A DNA stretch of 64,000 nucleotides. It comes from an uncultured Bacteriovoracaceae bacterium (lineage in GTDB: Bacteria > Bdellovibrionota > UBA2394). A model generated the notes under the pieces. That model saw nothing but the letters and a program-made list of their open reading frames with translations. It had not been told where the DNA came from and made no database searches. Of the stretch, positions 37,850 through 48,271 are shown piece by piece (within the stretch, counting starts at the first letter, position 1; the number at the start of each line of letters is the position of its first letter). Location: positions 953 through 64,952 of the forward strand of contig CAZVFP010000007.1 in assembly GCA_964626465.1 (NCBI GenBank). The letters are read 5' to 3'. A program made the translations under genes and the position numbers.

Positions 37850-39181
37850 GTGTTTAGTCGGAGGCCGTGTAGAATGGAAACTATGCGTGTATTGGTCGTT
37901 TCAATGGGTGATCCCATTATGACTTTTGTTCATTCGGGGTTTTTAAAGGCTGGTGCAGAATCTCATATCATTGACGCAAGCGTCTTAACTTTGGCGGATG
38001 TCTCTGGGGCGATTGATTCTTTTAAGCCAGATTTTTGTTTGATAAATAACTTCGATATTTTTTCTGTTCATCCGGAAGGAGATTTTTTTGAGGATCTCTT
38101 TCGATCAAAGTCGCTCCCTGTTCTGTCATGGTATTTTGAATCTCCGGAGCTAGCTGGAAAAGTAAAATTGCTGATGCGTTGGCTTCGCGGGCCTTTTCCA
38201 AGTGGCATTAGCTTCATGGTGACTGATTCGCATTTTACCGATTTTTTTAAGGCGAGGGGAAGCCAGGCCTTTCATTTGCCTCTGGCAGTTGATGAGGCAA
38301 TTTTGAATCGCAAATTTAATGACGATGTTCTTCAGTCACGGTTGACGGATGCCGATAGTGTACTGTTTTCTGGTTCAGCTTTATTGCCGGAGGGCAATTA
38401 CAAGACTGAAGAAGATAGGCTCAATACGTTTGTTGGATTTGCCTCGATGGAGTTTCAGCATTTGATTGGTCGGCAATTTTCTTCCGAGTATGAGGCGATG
38501 TTCAAAGAGGGGTTAAGAGAGATCTTCAATCACTGGACCGATATGGGATTGAACTTTCGGAACAAACGCAGTGAGATTGTGAAAGCGATTATGGCGCTTC
38601 TTCCTGAGGGGGGAGCCCGAGATGCGCTGACTGTCTATCAGTCAAGAATTGATGTTCTGTTTTCGTTTTTTCAGTTGGGAAATACATTGGAATACGTGTC
38701 GAGTCGTCTGCCTTTGCAATTGCATGGTTCAGATGAGTGGTCTCGATTTAATATTCGAACTTTGACTCCTGCGAAAAGACTGACGAATGACGAACTCTAT
38801 TCTTGTTTCAGCAAGAGTTTTGCCGTTCTCTGTCACACGAAGCATTGCTTTGTTCGATTCGTGCATGAGCGAGTATTAATGACTTACGCGACAGGAGGCT
38901 TTCCCATCACCGATCATCGCGAGGATCTGTGGACGATATTTAAGCCTGGTGGCGTGGCAACATATTCAGATGTTCGAGAAATCCCCGAAATTTTTTCGTT
39001 CTATCAAAGACATGTGGACTCTCGGCAAAAGATGATTGCAAGTGCTAGAGAGATCATCAGTTCAGCTCACACCTATGACCATCGCGCCCAGTCGATTCTA
39101 GAGATTGCGCGCAAGCTTCAGTTTAAAACACGTCATGTTCGTTCAGAAAATAGCGGCAAATCTACTTTTCGAGACTTGTGA
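37850..39181 (+). CDS. CgeB-like glycosyltransferase (DUF3880 + GT1-type C-terminal domain), paralog 3 of 3
   Basis: [65 protein letters not shown]. It is divergently arranged with paralog 2. Its 3' end overlaps ruvB by 49 nt. Confidence 0.6.
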   Translation: MFSRRPCRMETMRVLVVSMGDPIMTFVHSGFLKAGAESHIIDASVLTLADVSGAIDSFKPDFCLINNFDIFSVHPEGDFFEDLFRSKSLPVLSWYFESPELAGKVKLLMRWLRGPFPSGISFMVTDSHFTDFFKARGSQAFHLPLAVDEAILNRKFNDDVLQSRLTDADSVLFSGSALLPEGNYKTEEDRLNTFVGFASMEFQHLIGRQFSSEYEAMFKEGLREIFNHWTDMGLNFRNKRSEIVKAIMALLPEGGARDALTVYQSRIDVLFSFFQLGNTLEYVSSRLPLQLHGSDEWSRFNIRTLTPAKRLTNDELYSCFSKSFAVLCHTKHCFVRFVHERVLMTYATGGFPITDHREDLWTIFKPGGVATYSDVREIPEIFSFYQRHVDSRQKMIASAREIISSAHTYDHRAQSILEIARKLQFKTRHVRSENSGKSTFRDL

Positions 39182-40179
39182 AGATGCTTGTACGCGCTAT
39201 CGGTCGCTAGCCTTCCTCGAGGTGTTCGCGCAATGAAGGCTTCCTGAAGCAGAAACGGCTCGCAGAGTTCTTCGATGGTATCTCTTTCTTCCTGAAGACA
39301 AGCTCCGAGGGTTTCAATCCCCACGGGGCCGCCGTCAAATTGGTCAATAATCACATTTAGAAGCCGTCGATCGAGAGTGTCGAGGCCTCGTTGATCGACG
39401 TCGAGTCGAGAGAGAGCGTAATCAGCAGATTTTTTTGTAATTGTTTTTTCATCTGCAGCAATCGCAAAATCTCTCACCCGTCGTAAAAGACGATTTGCAA
39501 TTCGAGGAGTTTTTCGTGAACGACGTGCAATTTCGAGAGATCCCTCAAGATCAATATTGATTCTGAGAATCTGCGCTGAACGGCGAACAATTGTCGCGAG
39601 TTGGTCGTCGGTATAGAATTCAAGATGCAGCGGAATTCCAAATCGTGAACGGAGAGGCGACGAGAGCAGTCCGCTTCTTGTGGTGGCTGCTACAAGAGTG
39701 AATCGTGGCAAATCGAGCCGAAGAGATCTTGCGGCTGGACCATCTCCGATCATCAGGTCGAGTTTAAAATCTTCCATTGCAGAATAGAGAATTTCTTCCA
39801 CTGTTTTTGGAATTCGATGAATTTCATCGATAAACAAAATATCATGAGGTTCCAGTTGGGAAAGAAGAGCAGCAAGGTCTCCAGCTTTTTCTATAGACGG
39901 ACCAGATGTGACCTTGAAATTCACTCGCATTTCTTTCGCCATAATGGAGGCGAGTGTTGTTTTTCCGAGACCGGGAGGTCCTGAGAGCAAGACGTGATCA
40001 AGCGCTTCTCCCTGTTTTTGAGCGGCCCCCATAAAGATCCGGAGATTGTCTTTGAGTCGCTCTTGTCCAATAAACTCATTTAAACTCTGTGGGCGCAAAG
40101 TGACGAGGTCATCAGCTTCTTGAGGCGAGATCAGACGCGGAGCGTTTTGCAAAACTTGATTAGTTTCTTCGAGTATCAA
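39133..40179 (-). CDS. ruvB: Holliday junction branch migration ATPase RuvB
   Basis: [19 protein letters not shown]...[14 protein letters not shown]...ILFIDEIHR and an arginine finger region. Confidence 0.9.
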   Translation of the reverse strand: MILEETNQVLQNAPRLISPQEADDLVTLRPQSLNEFIGQERLKDNLRIFMGAAQKQGEALDHVLLSGPPGLGKTTLASIMAKEMRVNFKVTSGPSIEKAGDLAALLSQLEPHDILFIDEIHRIPKTVEEILYSAMEDFKLDLMIGDGPAARSLRLDLPRFTLVAATTRSGLLSSPLRSRFGIPLHLEFYTDDQLATIVRRSAQILRINIDLEGSLEIARRSRKTPRIANRLLRRVRDFAIAADEKTITKKSADYALSRLDVDQRGLDTLDRRLLNVIIDQFDGGPVGIETLGACLQEERDTIEELCEPFLLQEAFIARTPRGRLATDSAYKHLHKSRKVDLPLFSERT

Positions 40180-40772
40180 GACAGTCTCCTTTGCGCGAGT
40201 TCTTTAAGGGATTGTTTTACAAGCACCTCAAGTGGAGTTTGTGGATCGGCATCCGGCAGGTTTTTAAGCGCCCATTGAACTTCGGTTCGTTGATATCCAA
40301 GATTCGTGAGAACGCTTTCTAATTCTCGCGATCGATCGGGCGGCGTCAGTGTTTGACCTTGAGGCTGTTCGAACGTCAGTTCCTTTAGCCTGTCTGCCAG
40401 TTCGATGCAGATTCTCTCGGCGGTTTTTTTTCCGATTCCCGGAATCAGTTGCAGCCTTTTAATATCTTTTGCAACGACAGTTTTCTGCAAATCCGAAAAT
40501 GAAATTCCAGAGAGAATTGAAAGTGCCAGCTTCGGACCAATGCCGCTTACTCGAATCAGCTCTCTAAATAGACTTCGTTCATCAGATGTTAAAAAACCGA
40601 ACAGGTGAAACTGGTCTTCTCGAATATGAGAATGAATAAATAGAGATGCATGAGCTTCCAACTTTTCCGCGGTTTGCGGTGTATGCGACACCTCGTAGCC
40701 AACACCTTGGCAGTCAATGACGGAAAGATAGGGAGTCTTATGAAGAAGTTTTCCAGCGAGATGTCCGATCAC
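40176..40772 (-). CDS. ruvA: Holliday junction DNA helicase subunit RuvA
   Basis: MIGHLAGKL...GVGYEV (OB domain) and HhH motifs GIGPKLA / [12 protein letters not shown]. Overlaps ruvB by 4 nt. Confidence 0.85.
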   Translation of the reverse strand: MIGHLAGKLLHKTPYLSVIDCQGVGYEVSHTPQTAEKLEAHASLFIHSHIREDQFHLFGFLTSDERSLFRELIRVSGIGPKLALSILSGISFSDLQKTVVAKDIKRLQLIPGIGKKTAERICIELADRLKELTFEQPQGQTLTPPDRSRELESVLTNLGYQRTEVQWALKNLPDADPQTPLEVLVKQSLKELAQRRLS

Positions 40773-41283
40773 GATTTAATTTCCCCTTAAAGAAATAAGT
40801 TTGAGCATGTGTAAGGCCAATAGCAAGTGCATCTGACTCATCACTGTACTTAAATTTAAAAGATAATGGTAACTTCAACAACAGCTTTACCATTTTCTCG
40901 ATTTGATCTTTCGACCCTCTGCCACTCCCCGCGACACTTTTTTTAACTTCTGCCGGTGTATATTCAAGAATTGGAAGCTGGCTGGCGGCGGCGCAACTGA
41001 TCAATACGCCTCGAGCGTGCCCGAGCTTGAGGGCTGATTGTGCATTTTTTGAAAAGAAGAGGGATTCGATCGCCAAGCTATCGGGCTTGTATTTTTTTAT
41101 GAGCTCTTCAAAATCGAGTCGAAGAGATAACAATCTTGTTGCGAAAGGGGCTTCCACCGGCGTCAGCATTACTCCGCTGCTCACATAAGAAATTTTGGGT
41201 CCATGGATATCTAAAATTCCAAAACCTGTTCGTATCGATCCAGGGTCCAGTGCAATGAGTCGGGTTGCGTTTGCGGAAGCCAT
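40738..41283 (-). CDS. ruvC: crossover junction endodeoxyribonuclease RuvC
   Basis: LIALDPGSIRTGFGILD (catalytic Asp) ...AIESLFF... with a C-terminal acidic residue. It lies upstream of ruvA in a ruvCAB operon. Confidence 0.8.
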   Translation of the reverse strand: MASANATRLIALDPGSIRTGFGILDIHGPKISYVSSGVMLTPVEAPFATRLLSLRLDFEELIKKYKPDSLAIESLFFSKNAQSALKLGHARGVLISCAAASQLPILEYTPAEVKKSVAGSGRGSKDQIEKMVKLLLKLPLSFKFKYSDESDALAIGLTHAQTYFFKGKLNRDRTSRWKTSS

Positions 41284-41322
41284 CGATTCAGAATTAACAA
41301 CGAGAGTTAAAGAGAGCCAGCT

Positions 41323-41847
41323 TTGATTTGCTTTCCATTGATGAAGACTTTGGGTAATAAGTTCACCGTGGGAACGAGATCAGGGTTTTTTCTGGTTTTA
41401 TTGATGACAGGATGCGTGGCCGTATCCGCGTGCAAAAAGGTCGTGCCAAGTGTGCCGAGTGAAACTCAGCTCTCAGATTCGATTGAGAGAGTCCATCGTG
41501 TGAAAGTTCAGCATATTCTCGTCGCATTTGAAGGGTCTTTATCAGGAAAGACAATTAAAAGAAGTCAAGTAGAGGCTGAAAAATTGGCGAATGAAGTATT
41601 GACCAAGGCAAAAACGGGCGCAGAATTCGAGCTCTTGGTAAAAGAATTTAGTGACGATCGAAGTCCTGGAATTTATTCTCTGGCGGATGAAGGCATCGCA
41701 CTTTTGGGAGATGAAATACCCAGAAGTCAGATGGCTCTAGGATTTGGTGACATGAGCTTTTCGCTGAAGGTAAATGAAATTGGTTTTTTGCCTTACGAGA
41801 AGACGAAGTCCCCTTTTGGTTTTCATATCATCAAAAGGTTAGAGTAG
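41323..41847 (+). CDS. parvulin-type peptidyl-prolyl cis-trans isomerase, lipoprotein/secreted
   Basis: Lipobox-like LLMTGCVAVSAC. Rotamase core VQHILVAFEG...AEFELLVKEFSDD...GFHIIKRLE. Confidence 0.65.
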   Translation: MICFPLMKTLGNKFTVGTRSGFFLVLLMTGCVAVSACKKVVPSVPSETQLSDSIERVHRVKVQHILVAFEGSLSGKTIKRSQVEAEKLANEVLTKAKTGAEFELLVKEFSDDRSPGIYSLADEGIALLGDEIPRSQMALGFGDMSFSLKVNEIGFLPYEKTKSPFGFHIIKRLE

Positions 41848-41869
41848 GTTTTTAAAGGAGACGATAAAG

Positions 41870-43003
41870 ATGATTCGAAGATTTACCCCCATTTTATTTG
41901 TTGCTGCGGCTCTGGCGATTGCTGGCTGTAAGAAAAAGGCCGAGGTTGATGAAATTCGAGTGGGCGAGTTTGGCTCGATGACCGGGAATGAGGCAACCTT
42001 CGGGCTTTCTACTCACAATGGCATCGCGATGGTGATTGATGATGTCAATGCGGCCGGCGGTATTAACGGCAAAAAACTTCGGTTGATTTCATTGGATGAT
42101 GAAGGAAAGCCGGAGGTGGCCGTCAATGTTGTGACTCGTTTGGTGACTCAAGACAAAGTTCACGTTGTACTGGGTGAAGTGGCCAGCTCGAGATCGTTGG
42201 CAGCGGCCCCCGTTGCGCAGCGCTACCAAATTCCTATGATTTCTCCGTCGTCAACAAATCCGAAAGTGACCGAAGTCGGCGATTATATATTTAGGGTGTG
42301 TTTTACGGATCCGTTTCAAGGCCTAGTGATTGCTAAATTTGCAGCTGGCGATTTAAAGGCAAAAACAGCCGCCCTCCTCATTGATTCGAAGAGTGACTAT
42401 TCGATGGGACTTGGTGAATTTTTTAAGACAACATTTTTAGCTCAAGGCGGTCAGATTGTGATTGAGCAAAAATATGTTGGAGGAGATATGGATTTCAAGG
42501 CTCAGCTGACGAGTATTAAGGGCAAGAAGCCTGATATCGTGGTCGTACCTGGATATTATACCGAGGTAGGTTTGATTTTGAAGCAGGGTCGCGAGTTAGG
42601 TCTCAATATGCCGTTCATGGGTGGAGATGGTTGGGATTCTCCAAAGCTATTTGAGATTGCCGGTTCTTCTGTGAATGGAAATTATATTTCAAATCACTAC
42701 AGTGTAGATGACCAGGATCCGAAGGTTCAGGACTTTATTTCTCGTTATAAAGCTCGATTCAATTCAGTTCCAGATGGATTAGCCGCGATGGGTTATGACG
42801 CTGCTTTAGTTTTGGTGGATGCACTGAAGAGGACCAAATCACTTTCTGGCGGCGATCTGAGGGATGCGATCAAGGCGACGGTTAAATTTCCTGGAGTGAC
42901 GGGCGTTATTACAATTGATGAACAGCGAAACGCATCGAAACCAGCCGTGATGCTTAAGATTGACAGCGGAACATTTAAGTTTGCGAAGAGAGTCGAGCCT
43001 TGA
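41870..43003 (+). CDS. branched-chain amino acid ABC transporter substrate-binding lipoprotein (LivJ/LivK family)
   Basis: Signal plus lipobox AIAGCKK. The sequence is Peripla_BP_6-like throughout (IRVGEFGSMTGNEATFG...VVPGYYTE...GGDGWDS). Confidence 0.8.
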   Translation: MIRRFTPILFVAAALAIAGCKKKAEVDEIRVGEFGSMTGNEATFGLSTHNGIAMVIDDVNAAGGINGKKLRLISLDDEGKPEVAVNVVTRLVTQDKVHVVLGEVASSRSLAAAPVAQRYQIPMISPSSTNPKVTEVGDYIFRVCFTDPFQGLVIAKFAAGDLKAKTAALLIDSKSDYSMGLGEFFKTTFLAQGGQIVIEQKYVGGDMDFKAQLTSIKGKKPDIVVVPGYYTEVGLILKQGRELGLNMPFMGGDGWDSPKLFEIAGSSVNGNYISNHYSVDDQDPKVQDFISRYKARFNSVPDGLAAMGYDAALVLVDALKRTKSLSGGDLRDAIKATVKFPGVTGVITIDEQRNASKPAVMLKIDSGTFKFAKRVEP

Positions 43004-43012
43004 TCGGCTGAT

Positions 43013-43921
43013 ATGGCTGAATTTATTCAACACCTGATCAATGGAATATCTCTTGGCAGCATTTATGCTTTGATCGCCATTGGGTATTCGATGGTCTACG
43101 GAATTTTGCAGTTGATCAATTTTGCGCATGGCGAGGTTGTGATGCTGAGCTCGGTGTTTGGATTTTACTTGGCCCCGATTGTCAGCAATCCGTTTAATCC
43201 GTCATCAAAGCTGTTCATTGTGGTCTTGCTCCTTTCAATGGCGCTTTGTGGTGTTGTGGGATTTTTGATCGAAAGGTTAGCTTATCGACCATTGCGTGGG
43301 CAGCCCCGGATTAATTGTTTGATTACGGCAATTGGTGTTTCTCTTTTTATTCAATATTTCACTCAACTAGATTTCGTGTTTGGGGCGATCCCCCAAAGTT
43401 ATCCAGAAATGATTGAGCGAAAAATTTTATTCTCAATTGCAGGGATCGAAGTATCAAATTTGCAGGTTGTCGTTTTGACTCTCTCATTCTTTTTGATGCT
43501 GGTTCTTGAATGGATCGTTTTTAAAACAAAAATGGGCAAGGCGATGCGAGCTGTTTCTGAAAGTCCTGAGATAGCCGGTTTGTTGGGTCTTCCGGTAAAT
43601 AAAATTATTTCGTTCACATTTATCCTTGGCAGCGTTCTTGCTGCTGCCGCTGGCACATTGGTGTCGTCTATGTATCCCAAGGTAGAGCCATTGATGGGAT
43701 CTCTACTTGGTCTCAAGGCGTTTGTAGCTGCGGTGTTGGGAGGCATTGGAAGTATCTCGGGTGCTGTTCTGGGTGGATTAGTCATGGGATTGGCGGAAGA
43801 AATGACAGTTGGTTATCTCTCGAGCTCATTTAGAGATGCGATTGCATTTGCGATTTTGATTTTAGTCTTGTTAGTCAAGCCATCCGGGCTTTTAGGAAAG
43901 AGTCGAATCGAAAAGGTTTAA
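43013..43921 (+). CDS. livH: branched-chain amino acid ABC transporter permease LivH
   Basis: N-terminal FIQHLINGISLGSIYALIAIGYSMVYGILQLINFAHGE is the LivH signature. Confidence 0.85.
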   Translation: MAEFIQHLINGISLGSIYALIAIGYSMVYGILQLINFAHGEVVMLSSVFGFYLAPIVSNPFNPSSKLFIVVLLLSMALCGVVGFLIERLAYRPLRGQPRINCLITAIGVSLFIQYFTQLDFVFGAIPQSYPEMIERKILFSIAGIEVSNLQVVVLTLSFFLMLVLEWIVFKTKMGKAMRAVSESPEIAGLLGLPVNKIISFTFILGSVLAAAAGTLVSSMYPKVEPLMGSLLGLKAFVAAVLGGIGSISGAVLGGLVMGLAEEMTVGYLSSSFRDAIAFAILILVLLVKPSGLLGKSRIEKV

Positions 43922-43923
43922 TC

Positions 43924-44916
43924 ATGAGCCGCGAAAAATCGACAACCTATCGAGATTTTGCCCTGATCATAGGGATCGTCGGGGTATTGGGATATCTTTT
44001 GTCAGAGTTCTTGGCGCCCTATCCGCAGACCGTCGCGGCGATGTGCGGAATCAATATCATTCTGGCCGTGAGTTTAAATTTGGTAAACGGTCTGACCGGA
44101 CAGTTTTCAATGGGACATGCGGGTTTCATGGCGGCCGGTGCTTATACCTCAGCAACATTGAGCGTACTCGTTCTTCCTTTGCTTGGAATTTCTGCGGATG
44201 GCTTTCTGCACTACTTCCTATTTCTCGGGATTATCGTTTTATCTGGGGCGGTTTCTGCGCTAGTGGGCGCTTGCGTTGGCATTCCTTCTCTTCGGCTGAA
44301 GGGTGACTACTTAGCGATCGTCACTCTTGGTTTTGGAGAGATCATCCGCACCTTTATTTTGAATATTGAAACAATTGGTGGAGCTCGCGGATTTATTGGC
44401 ATTCCGCAATGGAGCAATCTCTATTGGATTTTTGGTACTGCGATTTTTTCCGTCGTTTTAATTCAGCGTTTGATTAGTAGCATTCCGGGAAAGCAGTTCA
44501 TGGCAGTGAGAGATGATGAGACAGCCGCGACGGCAATGGGCTTGTCGACGACCAAAATAAAAGTTCGGGCTTTTGTGATCGCGTCGTTCTTTGCGGGTGT
44601 CGCAGGAGCATTATTCGCTCATCAATATGCCTATCTCAATCCTTCCACGTTTAATTTTAACTATAGTTTTCAGATCATTACGATGGTGGTTCTTGGGGGA
44701 ATGGGAAGTATGAGTGGCAGTATCACGGCCGCCATCTTTTTAACGGCTATGCTTGAACTCTTGCGTCCACTCCAAGATCTCACTCGAATTGATCTTCGAA
44801 TGGTAATTTATGCCTTGATTCTGATTGTCCTGATGCTCACAAGGCCTCAGGGAATTTTTGGGCGCAAAGAACTCTGGCAGTATTTGCGATTTAAGAAGGA
44901 TAAGTCCCATGCTTGA
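43924..44916 (+). CDS. livM: branched-chain amino acid ABC transporter permease LivM
   Basis: Polytopic BPD_transp_2-type protein. It follows livH in the operon. Confidence 0.85.
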   Translation: MSREKSTTYRDFALIIGIVGVLGYLLSEFLAPYPQTVAAMCGINIILAVSLNLVNGLTGQFSMGHAGFMAAGAYTSATLSVLVLPLLGISADGFLHYFLFLGIIVLSGAVSALVGACVGIPSLRLKGDYLAIVTLGFGEIIRTFILNIETIGGARGFIGIPQWSNLYWIFGTAIFSVVLIQRLISSIPGKQFMAVRDDETAATAMGLSTTKIKVRAFVIASFFAGVAGALFAHQYAYLNPSTFNFNYSFQIITMVVLGGMGSMSGSITAAIFLTAMLELLRPLQDLTRIDLRMVIYALILIVLMLTRPQGIFGRKELWQYLRFKKDKSHA

Positions 44917-45676
44917 TGTGCAAAATGTGTGCATTGAGTTTGGCGGCTTGAAGGCCGTTGAGAAGGTCTGCTTGAAAGTGGCTCAGAATGAGCTCGTTGG
45001 ACTTATCGGACCAAATGGAGCTGGTAAGACGACTCTCTTTAATCTGATTACTTCTATTTATAAGCCGACGGGTGGTTCAATTTCGATTGATGGAAAATTG
45101 ACCGGCGACTTGAGGCCCTTCGACGTCACTAACCTATGCAAGGCAGCGAGGACTTTTCAGAATATTCGGTTGTTTAAGGACCTTTCAGTTTTAGACAATG
45201 TGCTCGTCGCATCGCATCTGAAAGTCAGCTATGGCCTTTTGTCAGTCTTGTTTCGAAGTCAGAAATTTTTGGACGCTGAGGCTGCCATCAAGGAACAAGC
45301 CATGGAGCTTTTGAAAATTTTTAGTTTGGATTCAAAGTCAGATGAGCTCGCAAAGAACTTGCCCTACGGCGATCAACGGAGACTTGAAATTGTGCGAGCT
45401 CTTGCCACGCAGCCTAAGATTTTATTTTTGGACGAACCTGCCGCTGGCATGAACGAATCTGAAACTCTTCAGTTGCTGGAACTGATCAAATTTGTGCGAG
45501 ATCGATTTAAGGTCGGCATTCTGGTGATCGAACATGATATGAAATTCATCATGGGACTTTGCGAGCGAATTTACGTTCTTGACCATGGGCAGTTGATTGG
45601 AACGGGCACACCCGCCGAGGTCCGACAGAATCCGAAAGTGATCCGAGCCTATTTGGGTGAGGAAACTCAGGTATGA
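44909..45676 (+). CDS. livG: branched-chain amino acid ABC transporter ATP-binding protein LivG
   Basis: MLDVQNVCIEFGGLKAV...GLIGPNGAGKTTLFN...LPYGDQRRLEIVRAL...LFLDEPAAGMN. The ATG at 44909 overlaps the livM stop by 8 nt. Confidence 0.85.
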   Translation: MLDVQNVCIEFGGLKAVEKVCLKVAQNELVGLIGPNGAGKTTLFNLITSIYKPTGGSISIDGKLTGDLRPFDVTNLCKAARTFQNIRLFKDLSVLDNVLVASHLKVSYGLLSVLFRSQKFLDAEAAIKEQAMELLKIFSLDSKSDELAKNLPYGDQRRLEIVRALATQPKILFLDEPAAGMNESETLQLLELIKFVRDRFKVGILVIEHDMKFIMGLCERIYVLDHGQLIGTGTPAEVRQNPKVIRAYLGEETQV

Positions 45677-46374
45677 GCGCAATTCTTGACGTGAGAGATC
45701 TGAGAGTTTCATACGGCGCTGTTGAGGCTTTGCGAGGCATTTCGCTTGTTGTCAATGAAGGCGAAATCGTGACGCTTCTGGGTGCCAACGGCGCGGGAAA
45801 ATCCAGTTTGCTGAGAGCCATCATGAGTTGTGTTCCTTATCGGGGCGATATTTTTTACCAGGGAGCTTCAATCAAACACTTGAAGACAAATCGTCTTGTG
45901 CGAAAGGGGATTGCGCTGGTTCCGGAGGGCCGCGGAATTTTGGGCTCTCTGACTGTTCTTGAAAACCTAGAGATGGGCGCCTTTCATCGAGGCGAGTGGC
46001 GCTCAGAGTTGGATAGCCTCTTTCAATTATTTCCGATTCTAAAAGACAGACTGAAACAGTTAGCCGGTACCTTATCGGGCGGCGAGCAACAAATGTTAGC
46101 GCTCGCGCGTGCTTTACTGTCAAAACCAAGAATTTTGCTGTTAGATGAGCCATCGCTGGGTTTGGCACCTAAGATGATTCAACAGGTTTTTAGCCTGGTA
46201 AAACAGATCCAGTCAGAGAATATTACGATTTTGCTGATCGAACAAAACGCTCATATGGCTCTGAAAATTGCCAGTCGAGCGTATATCTTAGAAACGGGGT
46301 CTATTGCAGCGCAGGGCACCGCGGCTGAAATCGAAAAAAACGATGATTTACGTAAGGCGTATCTGGGCGGTTAA
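45673..46374 (+). CDS. livF: branched-chain amino acid ABC transporter ATP-binding protein LivF
   Basis: LLGANGAGKSSLL...LSGGEQQMLALARAL...LLLDEPSLGLAP. Confidence 0.85.
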   Translation: MSAILDVRDLRVSYGAVEALRGISLVVNEGEIVTLLGANGAGKSSLLRAIMSCVPYRGDIFYQGASIKHLKTNRLVRKGIALVPEGRGILGSLTVLENLEMGAFHRGEWRSELDSLFQLFPILKDRLKQLAGTLSGGEQQMLALARALLSKPRILLLDEPSLGLAPKMIQQVFSLVKQIQSENITILLIEQNAHMALKIASRAYILETGSIAAQGTAAEIEKNDDLRKAYLGG

Positions 46375-46411
46375 AGGCTTTCTATCTTAGAAATCTTTGC
46401 AGTGTCGCTGA

Positions 46412-48271
46412 TTGCATCTGCGCGACATTTTTCCTATTTTGTCAGGCATGTCAGAGAAAGTGAATGACTTTAGTATTTACGTTGCGACTGTGAATGGGTC
46501 TGGATCGCAGTCTTCCAATAATATCTTGATGCGATCAATCTTTAGGATGGGAATTCCAGTGAGTGGAAAGAATCTGTTTCCATCCAATATTCAGGGTTTG
46601 CCCACTTGGTTTACCATTCGAGTGTCGGCTGACGGATGGACGGGTCGTCGCGTAGAGACAGAAATTTTAGTCTGCATGAATGATCAGACCTATGTTGAAG
46701 ATATCAAGGGAGTTCCTGCAAACGCGGTGGTTATTCACCATGATCATATGAACGCTTTGGCGGTTCGCAAAGATATTCAATCAATTCCGATTCCATTTTC
46801 AAAAATTATTGCAGAGGCCTGTCCTGATCCGCGTTTGAGAAAGCTTGCAGTCAACATGGTTTATGTGGGGTTGTTGGCCGAGTTTTTGGGAATTACAGAT
46901 GAAGCGCTTGAACTTGCCATGGCGCAACAGTTTAAAGGCAAAGCCAAAGCAATCGACTTGAATCGCGCAGCGATGAAAGCTGGCCGGAAGTATGCGCAAG
47001 AGAATTTTGGATCAGTGAAGTTTCCATTCAAAGTGGCTCCTCTGGCGAAAACTCAGGGAAAGATTTTGATTGAAGGAAATGCAGCATGTGCGTTGGGCGC
47101 AGTGTTTGGAGGTTGCACAGTTTTCAGCTGGTATCCAATTACTCCTTCCTCGAGCGTGGTCGATTATTTTTCGGAGTACGCAGAAAAATATCGAGTTGAT
47201 CCAGTCACGGGTAAGCGAAATTTTTCTGTAGTTCAAGCCGAGGATGAGCTGGCCGCCCTAGGAATGGTTTTGGGAGCTTCATGGGCGGGAAGCCGTGCGG
47301 CAACGGCAACATCCGGACCGGGAATTTCATTGATGGCAGAGTTCACTGGCTTTGCCTATTTTGCTGAAGTGCCAGCGGTCGTGATCGATGTTCAACGAAT
47401 TGGCCCAAGTACCGGCTTGCCCACAAGAACCAGTCAGGGCGATGTTTTATTTGCAGCGACTTTAAGCCATGGTGATACGAAACAGATTTGCTTGTATCCT
47501 GGTACTGTTCAGGAATGTTTTGAGTTTGCGGGCCAAGCTTTCGATCTCGCCGAGAAATTTCAGACACCAGTGTTTATTCTGTCTGACTTGGATTTAGGCA
47601 TGAATTTTTATATGTCAGATCCATTTCCGTATCCCTCAAAAGTATTGGAGCGTGGCAAGGTGTTGTCTGACAAAGACGCCGACAAATTAGCGACCTTTGC
47701 GAGATACGCTGATGTCGATGGCGATGGAATTGGTTATCGAACTCTTCCAGGAATTCAGGACCGTCGCGGTGTGTTTTTTACTCGTGGTAGCGGACACAAT
47801 GCTAAGGCTGCCTATACGGAGAGTGGTAAAGATTATGTTGAAGTCATGAATAGGCTTCTCAAGAAATGGGATACAGCTAAAAAATTTGTGCCCGCGCCCA
47901 TTCTCACAGGTTCTGGGAAAGCATCTGTTGGGATCATTGCGTACGGATCGTCTCATGAGCCAGTTTGTGAAGCTCTTCACTTGCTAAAATCAGAGTCGAA
48001 GATTGACGTCGATTATTTGCGTATTCGCGCGTATCCATTTTCGGCGGAGGTGAAGAAATTTCTGGAGTCACATGAGATTGTTTATGTGATTGAACAGAAT
48101 CGAGACGCGCAGCTTGCATCACTTCTGCGTATAGAGAAAGAATTGCTGCCCGTCGCTCACAAGATCGAGAGCATTCTTCATTACGATGGACTTCCCATAC
48201 ATGGGCGATTTATTTCAGATGCGATTATTGCGGCAGAACAGAAAGAGGTTTTATGTCGACGCCAGAGCTAA
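46412..48271 (+). CDS. korA: 2-oxoacid:ferredoxin oxidoreductase, alpha subunit (KorA/OFOR family)
   Basis: 619-aa protein with the POR N-terminal/transketolase-like domain (FSIYVATVNGSGSQSSNNIL...) and the GxGxxG region (EGNAACALGAVFGG). The start is either 46412 or the Met at 46448. Confidence 0.8.
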   Translation: MHLRDIFPILSGMSEKVNDFSIYVATVNGSGSQSSNNILMRSIFRMGIPVSGKNLFPSNIQGLPTWFTIRVSADGWTGRRVETEILVCMNDQTYVEDIKGVPANAVVIHHDHMNALAVRKDIQSIPIPFSKIIAEACPDPRLRKLAVNMVYVGLLAEFLGITDEALELAMAQQFKGKAKAIDLNRAAMKAGRKYAQENFGSVKFPFKVAPLAKTQGKILIEGNAACALGAVFGGCTVFSWYPITPSSSVVDYFSEYAEKYRVDPVTGKRNFSVVQAEDELAALGMVLGASWAGSRAATATSGPGISLMAEFTGFAYFAEVPAVVIDVQRIGPSTGLPTRTSQGDVLFAATLSHGDTKQICLYPGTVQECFEFAGQAFDLAEKFQTPVFILSDLDLGMNFYMSDPFPYPSKVLERGKVLSDKDADKLATFARYADVDGDGIGYRTLPGIQDRRGVFFTRGSGHNAKAAYTESGKDYVEVMNRLLKKWDTAKKFVPAPILTGSGKASVGIIAYGSSHEPVCEALHLLKSESKIDVDYLRIRAYPFSAEVKKFLESHEIVYVIEQNRDAQLASLLRIEKELLPVAHKIESILHYDGLPIHGRFISDAIIAAEQKEVLCRRQS

